Assembly: GCA_031362565.1 (NCBI GenBank)
Contig: JANLSU010000111.1
Coordinates: forward strand, 11,412 to 75,411
Reading direction: 5' to 3'
DNA: 64,000 bases
Source: a bacterium
Lineage (GTDB): Bacteria > Krumholzibacteriota > Krumholzibacteriia > G020349025
Part shown: piece after piece, positions 20,601-28,405 of the stretch
How the letters are laid out: each line of letters opens with the position of its first letter
How positions within the stretch are numbered: position 1 is the first letter of the stretch
Position numbers and translations under genes: made by a program
Notes under the pieces: generated by a model
The model's input: the letters and a program-made list of their open reading frames with translations, nothing else
Databases searched by the model: none
What the model was told of the DNA's origin: nothing

Positions 20601-20618
20601 CGAGGAAGCGAGGCGCAT
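17616..20618 (-). CDS. TonB-dependent receptor with N-terminal carboxypeptidase-regulatory-like domain
   Basis: GTITGQVLD...TDANGEFRI; plug GGLDAEYG; SPRLG, GNPNLQPET and WDQRHT; C-terminal RVGIGIEF. Confidence 0.88.
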   Translation of the reverse strand: MRLASSRRSLAALAALLFVLTSGLARGAPLPTGTITGQVLDQTTGRPLRYAGVFLAGTTSGSMTDANGEFRIAGLRPGTYEVRASIVGHAPRSTLGVRVEAGETARLRIVLAQSLDQRVNPVVVHGPRSDYDVHDSEIKHSKTHEQISRLPVENVVDAVGMEAGVVVTDGVLHVEGSYGHQTSTMTNGVASTDPLTGAGLDLSTLSVADYQLINGGLDAEYGNASSVLTYNTRAGGRRFEGILNYRTDDYGRADKTFTNFDQVALGLGGPTQFENLAFYASGEATFQDGEHPPGRTYRQHQYLGGFVTTRDRAAAQYRGQVRLDWKLGSTIKMTGEWTLDRGHSDPYVQTWNVPGATTRIVGFPELQVNPRNPAFWFVTGNRITTYDGPWRARAAQATYYDIRDARDCVYCLLPLSDNSTLRAVRVDDALGRSGRPAYVLADYPLFEGYQRPLSTWGPEATSAPGDSSKRAYNAADHLARTDSRSQQLKWSFTQALSTKTYYEVKLSRLAFDVTTAVANQTPEQYETAGKFLWIPGRGPVAIGNPDFYTDSEYPLFATAYDFPFWSQRQTATYLLRSDLSTLRFANHKVKSGFQLQYADLDQVSIDSPGRQRVFHGPFGLFRDNFHSFAPEGSIYLQDRWEHEGMVVNGGVRYDFFSPGSGVSIDVRNKEIARELDRWQTQWSPRLGLAFPITDRDVFHFHYGRFIQFPPKAYLFDSQDPTWGGTLGNPNLQPETSIAFQAGIKHQWSRDLSTQFALFNKDVYGLVSSTEITDDSTGIQNLRYVNKTYASSRGVELAFNKALSRGFAFDLAYTWGFADGVSSDADFGRQAQGLSHLPTGELPLDWDQRHTFNAAVTLARAGDWAATTVFQYGSGFPWTPAFRFERRADPTLENSRRRPSTHTVDFRGQKYFQLHGHDLRLIFDGKNLLDEAQVVSVAPGAGPAPPDARAAYREYATETGQFGGAFLHDSDGDGFDEFIPVHDPNVYGPRRLFRVGIGIEF

Positions 20619-20751
20619 CGTTCCACCCCTTTGCGATCGTTGCGGTTCCGGCGTTCGAGACGACGCCAAAACCCGCGGTCAGGGTGGGATGGGACCCCGG
20701 GTGATGTGGCCCCAAAGATACGGGCTGCGGCGCCCGGCGCCAGGGGCGGGC

Positions 20752-20777
20752 GTAACATCGGCAGACCCCGGCGCGTT
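20752..20777 (+). promoter_or_regulatory. Putative autoregulatory ECF sigma promoter
   Basis: GTAAC (20752-20756), 17-nt spacer, CGTT (20774-20777): generic ECF AAC-N17-CGT pattern just upstream of the sigma ATG at 20791. Confidence 0.5.
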
Positions 20778-20790
20778 CTTGGAGTAGCCG

Positions 20791-21315
20791 ATGCAGCAAG
20801 TCTTCGAGCAGATGGCAGCCCGGCACCGCGACCGGATCTTCACCTACGCGTGGTACTGCCTCGGCGATCGCGACGATGCCGAAGACGTGACCCAAGAGGT
20901 GCTGGTCCGCCTGTGGCGCCACTGGGCTCTGCTGGAAGAACCCAAGGTCGTGCCGTGGCTCATCCACGTCACACGCAACCTGTGCATCGACACGATGCGG
21001 CGGCGAAAGACGCATCGCGGCGTGATAAAGGACGATCCAGAGGGTCTCGTGATGAACCAAGTGGCGAGCGACGCCCCCAGTCCTGGGGCGCGGGTGGAAG
21101 CGGCAGAGATGGGAGCGCGTGTCGAACGGGCGCTCCGCCAGGTGCCGGAACCGTATCGCAGCATCGTCATCCTGCGCGAGATCCAGGACTTCAAGTACGA
21201 AGAGATTGCGGCCGCGCTCGAGGTGCCGCTCAACACCGTCAAGGTGTACTTGCACCGCGGAAGGCGCAAGTTGCGCGACCGGCTTCGGGAGATGGTGAGT
21301 GATGCGACGAGCTGA
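20791..21315 (+). CDS. ECF RNA polymerase sigma factor
   Basis: DAEDVTQEV, WLIHVTRNLCID and YEEIA...NTVKVYLHRGR motifs. Confidence 0.92.
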   Translation: MQQVFEQMAARHRDRIFTYAWYCLGDRDDAEDVTQEVLVRLWRHWALLEEPKVVPWLIHVTRNLCIDTMRRRKTHRGVIKDDPEGLVMNQVASDAPSPGARVEAAEMGARVERALRQVPEPYRSIVILREIQDFKYEEIAAALEVPLNTVKVYLHRGRRKLRDRLREMVSDATS

Positions 21316-21910
21316 TACACCCTTGAGTTGTGGGCGCGTCAAGGTGCTGGTCGAGGCGTACCTCGACGAGTCACTGGCCGGTCCGCGCCGGGCGCGCGTC
21401 GATGCACATCTGGTGGGCTGCGAGGCGTGCCGCGCCGAGGTCGCGCAAGCATTGCAGGTGCGGACGGCGTTGCGGGCGCTGCCCTGGCGGGCCTGCTCGG
21501 ATGTGGTGTTGGAAACAGTACGCACGCGCCTTGCGGCGGCGGATGCGCCGGCGAGCGGCGGCAACCGCAAGCCGGCGGCGGTACGTGCGGCGGCGGCGCA
21601 AGAGTGGACGCGGCGGCTCCAAGAATGGTTGGTGCCGCGGTCCAGCGTGTGGAAGCCGGCCGTGGGCCTTGCGGCGGCGGCGGTTCTGGTCGTGGGTGTG
21701 TATGCGTTCGTGCACCGGCCGACCGAGATCCAAGTGACGCCGCAGGATATGCAACGCGCCGAAGGTCAGGTGCGCTGGGTCATGGCGCGCATTGGACAGA
21801 TCAGCCAGCACGCCGGCAACAAAGTGCGCACCGACGTGCTCGAGAAACGGGTGGCGGATCCAGCCGCGCGCGCCGTGAGCGGTGTGCTCGAGGACAACAT
21901 TCGACAGTGA
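21299..21910 (+). CDS. Membrane anti-sigma factor with ZAS/zf-HC2 motif
   Basis: HLVGCEAC; single TM helix; overlaps sigma gene. Confidence 0.85.
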   Translation: MMRRADTPLSCGRVKVLVEAYLDESLAGPRRARVDAHLVGCEACRAEVAQALQVRTALRALPWRACSDVVLETVRTRLAAADAPASGGNRKPAAVRAAAAQEWTRRLQEWLVPRSSVWKPAVGLAAAAVLVVGVYAFVHRPTEIQVTPQDMQRAEGQVRWVMARIGQISQHAGNKVRTDVLEKRVADPAARAVSGVLEDNIRQ

Positions 21911-21976
21911 CACGCGTGTCGCCGACACGATCAACCAAGCGCCATTCGGGCGCCACGTGGGAACGGAGAGAAAACG

Positions 21977-22612
21977 ATGCAGATCAAGCAGGCATGGATG
22001 ACGGTGGCTTTGGTGGCGACGCTGGCCGGCGCAGGACGCGCCTTTGCCACCGATGACCTCACCAAGCACCCTGGTTACGTCGACTTCGACAACATTGTGA
22101 AACTCTTCGGGAAGCAGGAGACGAACGTCGAAGTCTTTCTGGAGCCGGCGATGCTGCAGTTCATCGGCAAAATGGCCAGCGGCGATCCGGAGATGGCAGC
22201 GCTATGCGCCAAGCTGCTGCAGATTCGCGTCCAATCATTCCAAATGGATTCGGACAAGGTCGATGCGGTCGAGAAGACGGTGGCGGACGCGGCGCAGAAG
22301 CTGGAGGGCCAGGGCTGGGGTCCGCTCATCAAGGTGCGCGATCGCAAGGGCGGCAGTCAAACGTACGTGTACATGAAGCTGGTGAATGGCAAGTCCCAGG
22401 GCATGACTGTAATGAATATCGATCCGCACGACGAGGCGACGTTCGTGAACATCGTCGGTGAGATCGATCCGGAACAAATCGGCCGCCTGAGCCGCACGAT
22501 CCACATCGATCAATTGGATAGCCTGAGGATGAACATGCACGGCAAGAACTACGACCGCTCGGACGACAAGTCCGACGACAAGGCGGATGACAAGAAACCC
22601 GTGAAAAAATAG
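21977..22612 (+). CDS. Secreted DUF4252-like protein
   Basis: Signal peptide; HPGYVDF, EVFL and FVNIVGEIDPEQI motifs; follows sigma/anti-sigma. Confidence 0.75.
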   Translation: MQIKQAWMTVALVATLAGAGRAFATDDLTKHPGYVDFDNIVKLFGKQETNVEVFLEPAMLQFIGKMASGDPEMAALCAKLLQIRVQSFQMDSDKVDAVEKTVADAAQKLEGQGWGPLIKVRDRKGGSQTYVYMKLVNGKSQGMTVMNIDPHDEATFVNIVGEIDPEQIGRLSRTIHIDQLDSLRMNMHGKNYDRSDDKSDDKADDKKPVKK

Positions 22613-22701
22613 CCCGCGCCCCTTCTCGAGGTGAGTTGCGCGCGATGCGGCGAGACCTTACACTTGTCTCTGCCACCTCGCCCCGCCTTGGGAGACTCCG
22701 T

Positions 22702-25299
22702 ATGGGTCGTTTCCGGTTTGCGGTTCTGATTTTCCTGCTGCTTGGCCTCCTGGTGTCGGTGGGCGCCGGTCTGCACCGGAGGGCGGTCGAGGGCGAGTCC
22801 GAGTCCGAAGAGCGCGAGGCAGGCACCTTCCCGAGCGATTGGTTCGTGCGCCAGCGCGAATTCCCCAACACGGCGATCCCGGCGGGCGCTCTCGACGCCG
22901 CCGTCGCGCAAGCGCAATTCGACCGCGCATTGGCGCTCTCCAAGCCCGGCGCCCAAACCGCAGCACTTGCCTGGCAGAACGCCGGCCCCTTCAATATCGG
23001 CGGGCGGGTCACGGCGTTGGCCGTGGCGCCCGGCGGCAGCACCATCTACCTGGGGGCGGCGAACGGCGGGGTCTTCAAGTCGGTGAATAGCGGCGTGAAC
23101 TGGACGCCTCTCTTCGACAATTTCGCGGTGTTCTCCATCGGCGCGCTGACGCTGCAGCCGGGCACTTCGAATGTGTTGTACGTGGGCACCGGCGAGGCGA
23201 ATGGCTCCGTCGACTCCTACGATGGCGCCGGACTCTTCCGCACCAGCGACGGCGGCACGTCGTGGCAATTCCTGGGGCTCGAAGCCACCCGGCGCATCGC
23301 GCGGGTCGCGGTGGATCCCACCAACGCCAATCGCATTTTCGTCGCGGCAATGGGCACGCAATTCTCGACCGGGCCCGACCGCGGTCTGTATTTGAGCGAG
23401 AACGGCGGTTCGTCGTGGAACCGCGTCCTATTCGTGAACGACAGCACGGGTGTTTGCGACGTCGCCATCAACGCGGCGCATCCGGATACCGTGTTCGCGG
23501 CCTCCTGGGAACGCCTGCGCAAACCGAGCTACCGGCGCGCCTACGGCGCCGGCTGCGGAATCTGGCGGAGCGTCAATGCGGGCCACACCTGGGCGCGGTT
23601 GCAAACGGGCCTGCCGGCGCCGTCGGACAGCATCGGGCGCATCGGACTCGCGATTGCACCATCGCGGCCGGCGTGGATCTATGCGCAAATCACCAGTGGC
23701 ACCAACATGGGCTATGTCGGGCGCGGCATGTACCGCTCGACGGACGGCGGCACCACCTGGGCGCGGCGCGATGCCGGCAACTCGTTCACTTCGATGTTCG
23801 GCGGCTTCAGCTGGTATTTCGGCGACTGTGCCGTCGATCCCACCAATCCGAACGTCGTCTACGCGCTGGGACTCACGATCCGCCGTTCGACGAACGGCGG
23901 CCAGAGCTTCTCGAGCATCACCTCCAACGCGCATGTCGACAATCACGCGGTGTGGATCGACCCCGCCAACCCGGCGCACGTGTATCTCGGCAACGACGGC
24001 GGATTCTTCTCGACGACGACGACCGGATCCGCGTGGTTCAAGTCCGTCGACCTGCCGATCACTCAATTCTATGCAGGCGCGATCGACCCGTCGAATCCGG
24101 CCCGGCTCTTGGGTGGGACGCAGGACAACAATACGCTTCTGACCGCCGGGTCGCCCAGCAGCTGGACTCCGATTCTGGGCGGTGACGGATTCCAATGTCT
24201 CGTGGACCCGCTCGACCCTTTGGTGGTGTTCGCCGAGTATCAGAATGCCTGCAGCGGCCAGGGTCCGTTCCGTTCGACCGACGGCGGGTCGACGTTCTTC
24301 GCGGCATCGGGGTTCAGTTCGGGCGACCGGTACAACTGGAACGCGCCGATCGTCATGAGTTCGCTCGATCACAACGTTCTCTTGGCGGCAAGCCAGCGGG
24401 TCTACAAGAGCACCGACAATGGCCAGAACTACGATCCGGTCAGTCCCGATCTCACGACCAATCCCATTTCGCCGCTCGTCTACGGCACCGTCACGACGCT
24501 CGACATTTCGCCCAAGAATGCCAACCTGTATTACGCCGGCACCGACGATGGGCGGGTGTGGCGGTCGATCGATGCGGGCAGTTCCTGGTCACGCATCGAT
24601 GCGGGGTTGCCGGTACGTTGGGTGACGCGAATCACCGCCGACCCCAGCGACGGCTTCGTCGTCTATTTGACGCTATCGGGATTCATGCTCGATGAGCACG
24701 CGTCGCATGTCTATCGCAGCACGAACCGTGGCGATACCTGGACGGCCATCGACAGCAATCTGCCGGATGTGCCGGCCAACGACATCGTGGTCGATCCCAC
24801 CGACACGTACACCCTGTACTTGGCCACCGACGTCGGCGTGTACGCGTCGCGGAACCGTGGTGGGAGCTGGTTCGCTCTCGGCACCGGGATGCCGGTGCAG
24901 ACGATTTTCGATCTGACACTGCATTCACCGTCCCGCACCTTGGTGGCGGCGACACATGGGCGCGGTCAGTGGAAACTCAATGTCACCGGCCTGCCGACCG
25001 ATGTCGCCGGGGATGCGATAGGCGGGTTCGAACTGTCGCGACCGGTGCCGAATCCGAGCCGTGGCGAAACGCAACTCGCCCTCGATCTGCCTGCCGCAGC
25101 CGATGTGCAAGTCGCCATTTATGATGTGCGGGGGCGCGCCGTGCGCGTGTTGCGGACCGGTGCACTTGGACGCGGCTCACACCCCATGCGATGGGACGGT
25201 CTCGACGCCGCGGGTGGCCGCGTTGCGGCCGGCACCTACTTCATCCGCGCCCAATCCGCCGGCACCGTGCGTACGCAGCGCATCGTGCGCGTCGAATGA
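22702..25299 (+). CDS. Secreted BNR/Asp-box (VPS10-like) beta-propeller protein with C-terminal FlgD-Ig/T9SS-like domain
   Basis: GPFNIGGRV; many S-x-[DN]-x-G-x-[TS]-W boxes; ATHGRGQW; C-terminal PNPS...YDVRGR...WDGLD. Confidence 0.85.
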   Translation: MGRFRFAVLIFLLLGLLVSVGAGLHRRAVEGESESEEREAGTFPSDWFVRQREFPNTAIPAGALDAAVAQAQFDRALALSKPGAQTAALAWQNAGPFNIGGRVTALAVAPGGSTIYLGAANGGVFKSVNSGVNWTPLFDNFAVFSIGALTLQPGTSNVLYVGTGEANGSVDSYDGAGLFRTSDGGTSWQFLGLEATRRIARVAVDPTNANRIFVAAMGTQFSTGPDRGLYLSENGGSSWNRVLFVNDSTGVCDVAINAAHPDTVFAASWERLRKPSYRRAYGAGCGIWRSVNAGHTWARLQTGLPAPSDSIGRIGLAIAPSRPAWIYAQITSGTNMGYVGRGMYRSTDGGTTWARRDAGNSFTSMFGGFSWYFGDCAVDPTNPNVVYALGLTIRRSTNGGQSFSSITSNAHVDNHAVWIDPANPAHVYLGNDGGFFSTTTTGSAWFKSVDLPITQFYAGAIDPSNPARLLGGTQDNNTLLTAGSPSSWTPILGGDGFQCLVDPLDPLVVFAEYQNACSGQGPFRSTDGGSTFFAASGFSSGDRYNWNAPIVMSSLDHNVLLAASQRVYKSTDNGQNYDPVSPDLTTNPISPLVYGTVTTLDISPKNANLYYAGTDDGRVWRSIDAGSSWSRIDAGLPVRWVTRITADPSDGFVVYLTLSGFMLDEHASHVYRSTNRGDTWTAIDSNLPDVPANDIVVDPTDTYTLYLATDVGVYASRNRGGSWFALGTGMPVQTIFDLTLHSPSRTLVAATHGRGQWKLNVTGLPTDVAGDAIGGFELSRPVPNPSRGETQLALDLPAAADVQVAIYDVRGRAVRVLRTGALGRGSHPMRWDGLDAAGGRVAAGTYFIRAQSAGTVRTQRIVRVE

Positions 25300-25925
25300 C
25301 CACCTGCCACCCGACCCTTCCCGATCGCGTTGGGCCCGGGCTCGACGTGTTGTTCGTGGGCATCAACCCGGGGGTGCGATCCGCCGAACTCGGGCATCAC
25401 TTCGCCGGCCATTCGAATCGATTCTGGGTCTTGCTGCGCGATGTCGGGCTGGTGCCGCCGGAGTTCGGATTCGCGGCCGACGAACAATTGCCGTCTTTGG
25501 GCCTCGGGATTACGAATCTCGTCGCGCGCACCACGCCGGGCGTCGCGGACCTCGAGCCGGCGGAGTTCGCGGCCGGGCGCCTCGTGTTGCTCCGCAAAGT
25601 GCGCCGCCTGCGGCCGCGCATCGTGGCGCTCGTGGGAGTCACGGTGGCGCGCGCCGTGCATCCGCTCTTGCGCACCGGGCGGGTCGAACTTGGCTTGCAG
25701 TCCGTCTCCATGCATGAGGCGCGGGTTTTCGTTTTGCCGAACCCGAGCGGCCGCAACGCGCACTACTCGTATGCGGCGATGCGCGCCGCGTTCGCAGCCT
25801 TGGCGGCGGCAGCGCATCCGGAGACTCGACGCCGGCAGCCAGGGGTGGCCGCGGGGCGTGTTTCCGCAGTAGCATCGCCCGAGTTGCATCCCCAGCCAAC
25901 CGGACGACGCCGAGGAGACCGATGA
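25296..25925 (+). CDS. mug: Mismatch-specific uracil/thymine DNA glycosylase (UDG family 2)
   Basis: VLFVGINPG, NRFW, GITNLV and LPNPSGRN motifs; ATGA overlap with upstream gene. Confidence 0.88.
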   Translation: MTTCHPTLPDRVGPGLDVLFVGINPGVRSAELGHHFAGHSNRFWVLLRDVGLVPPEFGFAADEQLPSLGLGITNLVARTTPGVADLEPAEFAAGRLVLLRKVRRLRPRIVALVGVTVARAVHPLLRTGRVELGLQSVSMHEARVFVLPNPSGRNAHYSYAAMRAAFAALAAAAHPETRRRQPGVAAGRVSAVASPELHPQPTGRRRGDR

Positions 25926-27631
25926 GCGCCCATCTGGAACGACGCCCGGGCGACCGGCTCGTGATCCTGCTCGTGGTGCCGACGTTTCCGCCCGACCAAT
26001 GCGGCGTCGGGGACTACACCTACCAACTGGCGCTGCACCTGCATCAGGTCGGGCATCGCGTCGTGCTGCTGAGTACCCAGCGGCAGGCGCCGCCGTCCGT
26101 GCCGGTGCCGTTCGATTTCCGGCCGCTCATCGCCAATTGGCACTTCCCGGACATGAAAACGGTGCTGGATGTGGCGCTCGAAGTGCGGCCCGATGTGGTT
26201 CACATTCAGTATCACAACGAGGACTACGACTCGGTCGAAATGATCTCGGCTGTGCCGCTCTGCCTGCGCGAGACGCTGCCTGAAACGCTCGTCGTATCGA
26301 CGCTGCACAACATTCGGTCGTTCACGTTTGCGCCGCGCCTCACCATGAGCGTATTCATGCGGTTTTCGGACTGGCTCGTGATTACCAACGAGGCGGATCG
26401 CGAGGTCCTGCTGGCCGAGCATCCGGAGCATGCACACAAGTATTCGGTGGTGCCGGCGGCCGGCGGGTTGCCGTGTCCGGCGGGAATCCGCGCCCAGCGC
26501 GGCGAATTGCGGCGGGCATTGCGCGACCGGCTGGAGATCGGCGACGACACCTACCTCCTCGGCTATTTCGGCTTCATCAACGAGGAGAAGGGGCTGGAGT
26601 CGGTGCTGTTCGCGCTGCGTGACTTGCGGGCGAGCGGTTTCCCGGCCCATTTGCTGCTCGTCGGCGGCTTGCACTCGGACCGCGAGGCGCAGGTTTCGCC
26701 GTACCACGAAACGCTGTTGCGGGCGATCGACGACCTGGGCCTGCGCGATGCCGTGACCGCGACCGGTTACTTGGAAGCCGATGCCGCGTCGCAGCACTTG
26801 GTAGCGCTCGACCTGGCGGTGCTGCCGTTTCGCGACGGGCTCACCACCAAGCGGTCGTCGTTTCTCTCGGTCCTGAGCCACGACGTGCCGGTTCTGTCGA
26901 CACGCGGACCGCACCTGCCGGCGGCGCTGCGTCATGGCGGCAATGCGTACTTGGTGCCGGTCGGCGAACCGGAACCCACCGGCAAGGCCCTGGCGCGCGC
27001 CGTGCGCGAGTTGCATGGCGATCCGGAACTGCGCGAACGGGTGCGGTCCGGCGGCCGCAAGCTCTTCGACGAGATCTTTTCGTGGGAGCCCATCGTGCGG
27101 GCGCACGAAGCCATCTACCACCACGCCCGCAGCTCGGGACGCGCGCCGGAAACCGGCCAAGTGGCGACGAAGTACAAGTCGCGCGGCGAAATGGGCATGG
27201 TGGCAACACGTTTGCGGGAACAAGGCAAGACGATCGTTCTGGCGGGCGGTTGCTTCGATCTCTTGCACGTCGGCCACATTCGTTACTTGCGCGCCGCACG
27301 CGCCCACGGCGATGTGCTGATCGTCGCCCTCAACTCCGACCGCTCGGTCCAGGCCCTCAAGGGCCAGGGGCGGCCGATCATCGGCGAGCGGGAACGCGCC
27401 GAAATTCTCTCCGAGTTCGCGTTCGTGGACTACGTCGTCGTGTTTCCGGAGGAAACCGCCGAGAATTTACTCGCCGAAATTCAACCGCACTACTACGCCA
27501 AGGGCACCGACTACGCCAATCAAACCGTGCCCGGGACGGCGCGCTTCCTCGAGCGCGGCGGCAGAATGCTCTTCGTCGGCGACGAGAAGACCCGTTCGTC
27601 GTCGGCCTACGTGGCGCGGCTCGAGGGGTAG
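25922..27631 (+). CDS. GT4 glycosyltransferase fused to RfaE/HldE-type cytidylyltransferase-family domain
   Basis: GVGDYT, FGFINEEKG and VLPFRDG (GT4); GCFDLLHVGH...ALNSDRSV...KGQGRPI...KGTDY (HxGH nucleotidyltransferase). Confidence 0.85.
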   Translation: MSAHLERRPGDRLVILLVVPTFPPDQCGVGDYTYQLALHLHQVGHRVVLLSTQRQAPPSVPVPFDFRPLIANWHFPDMKTVLDVALEVRPDVVHIQYHNEDYDSVEMISAVPLCLRETLPETLVVSTLHNIRSFTFAPRLTMSVFMRFSDWLVITNEADREVLLAEHPEHAHKYSVVPAAGGLPCPAGIRAQRGELRRALRDRLEIGDDTYLLGYFGFINEEKGLESVLFALRDLRASGFPAHLLLVGGLHSDREAQVSPYHETLLRAIDDLGLRDAVTATGYLEADAASQHLVALDLAVLPFRDGLTTKRSSFLSVLSHDVPVLSTRGPHLPAALRHGGNAYLVPVGEPEPTGKALARAVRELHGDPELRERVRSGGRKLFDEIFSWEPIVRAHEAIYHHARSSGRAPETGQVATKYKSRGEMGMVATRLREQGKTIVLAGGCFDLLHVGHIRYLRAARAHGDVLIVALNSDRSVQALKGQGRPIIGERERAEILSEFAFVDYVVVFPEETAENLLAEIQPHYYAKGTDYANQTVPGTARFLERGGRMLFVGDEKTRSSSAYVARLEG

Positions 27632-27664
27632 AACGCCGGCCGCGGAAATCTACGAACCGGATCA

Positions 27665-27994
27665 CTACGCTGCGAACATTTCACCAAGGATGGTCAAGAC
27701 CTGCTCGGCCGTCTTTTGGTCGAGACGGCCGACCTTCTTGACCAAACGCGACATGTCGACGTTGCGAATTTGGTCGAGAACGATTTGTCCAACTCGGCCC
27801 TTGAATTTGCAATGGATTCGCGTTGGATACGGGCGCCCCTTGGTCGTCATTGGAGCGACTATGATCGTGTGGATATGGTGATTCATCTCGTCGGGAGATA
27901 TGACGAGACACGGTCGAGCTTTCTTGATCTGTGAACCGACCGTTGGATCGAGATTGACGAGATAGACCTCGAATCGATTGACTACCACTCCCAC
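27665..27994 (-). CDS. mazF: MazF/PemK family toxin
   Basis: RFEVYLVNLDPTVGSQIKKARPCLVISP, APMTT and LDQIR motifs; start taken at GTG 27994. Confidence 0.92.
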   Translation of the reverse strand: MGVVVNRFEVYLVNLDPTVGSQIKKARPCLVISPDEMNHHIHTIIVAPMTTKGRPYPTRIHCKFKGRVGQIVLDQIRNVDMSRLVKKVGRLDQKTAEQVLTILGEMFAA

Positions 27995-28236
27995 TCGTCC
28001 TTTTCCCATTGAGTCAGCGATGGTCGATTCCCATCGACTAGCGCGTCATCCCCGCAGGCCCCCATGCGCTCGAAGGCGTCGGCCCAGTCCGATCGTGGGC
28101 GCTCCGTCGGGCGAATGATCAGGCAATTGCCCTCGACGTCGAGCTCGACCTCACCGCTCAAGCCGGTTTGCTCGATCAGTGGCTTCGGGATGCGAATTCC
28201 CTGGGAGTTACCGATTCGGACGATCCTGCTCTTCAA
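27982..28236 (-). CDS. mazE: AbrB/MazE family antitoxin
   Basis: IVRIGNSQGIRIPK; acidic C-terminus; GGAGG RBS before TTG start. Confidence 0.9.
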   Translation of the reverse strand: MKSRIVRIGNSQGIRIPKPLIEQTGLSGEVELDVEGNCLIIRPTERPRSDWADAFERMGACGDDALVDGNRPSLTQWEKDEWEW

Positions 28237-28257
28237 TCTGCACCTCCAGAAGTGTGC

Positions 28258-28290
28258 CTACATTGTAGCTACTTTGGCTTGGCCGGCCAA
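28258..28290 (-). promoter_or_regulatory. Sigma70-type promoter of mazEF with overlapping palindromic operator
   Basis: Minus strand TTGGCC-N17-TACAAT; palindromes CTACA-T-TGTAG (28258-28268) and GTAGCTAC (28265-28272) overlap the -10. Confidence 0.6.
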
Positions 28291-28405
28291 GACCCTACTA
28301 TCCATCCAGGGCCCCAGCTCGGATTCGCACCAAGAGCGAGCGGAGGCGGCGATCGGGCCGGGAACCTTCACACCCCGGTTCGCATTGCGGGGACGGAGGT
28401 GTGGC

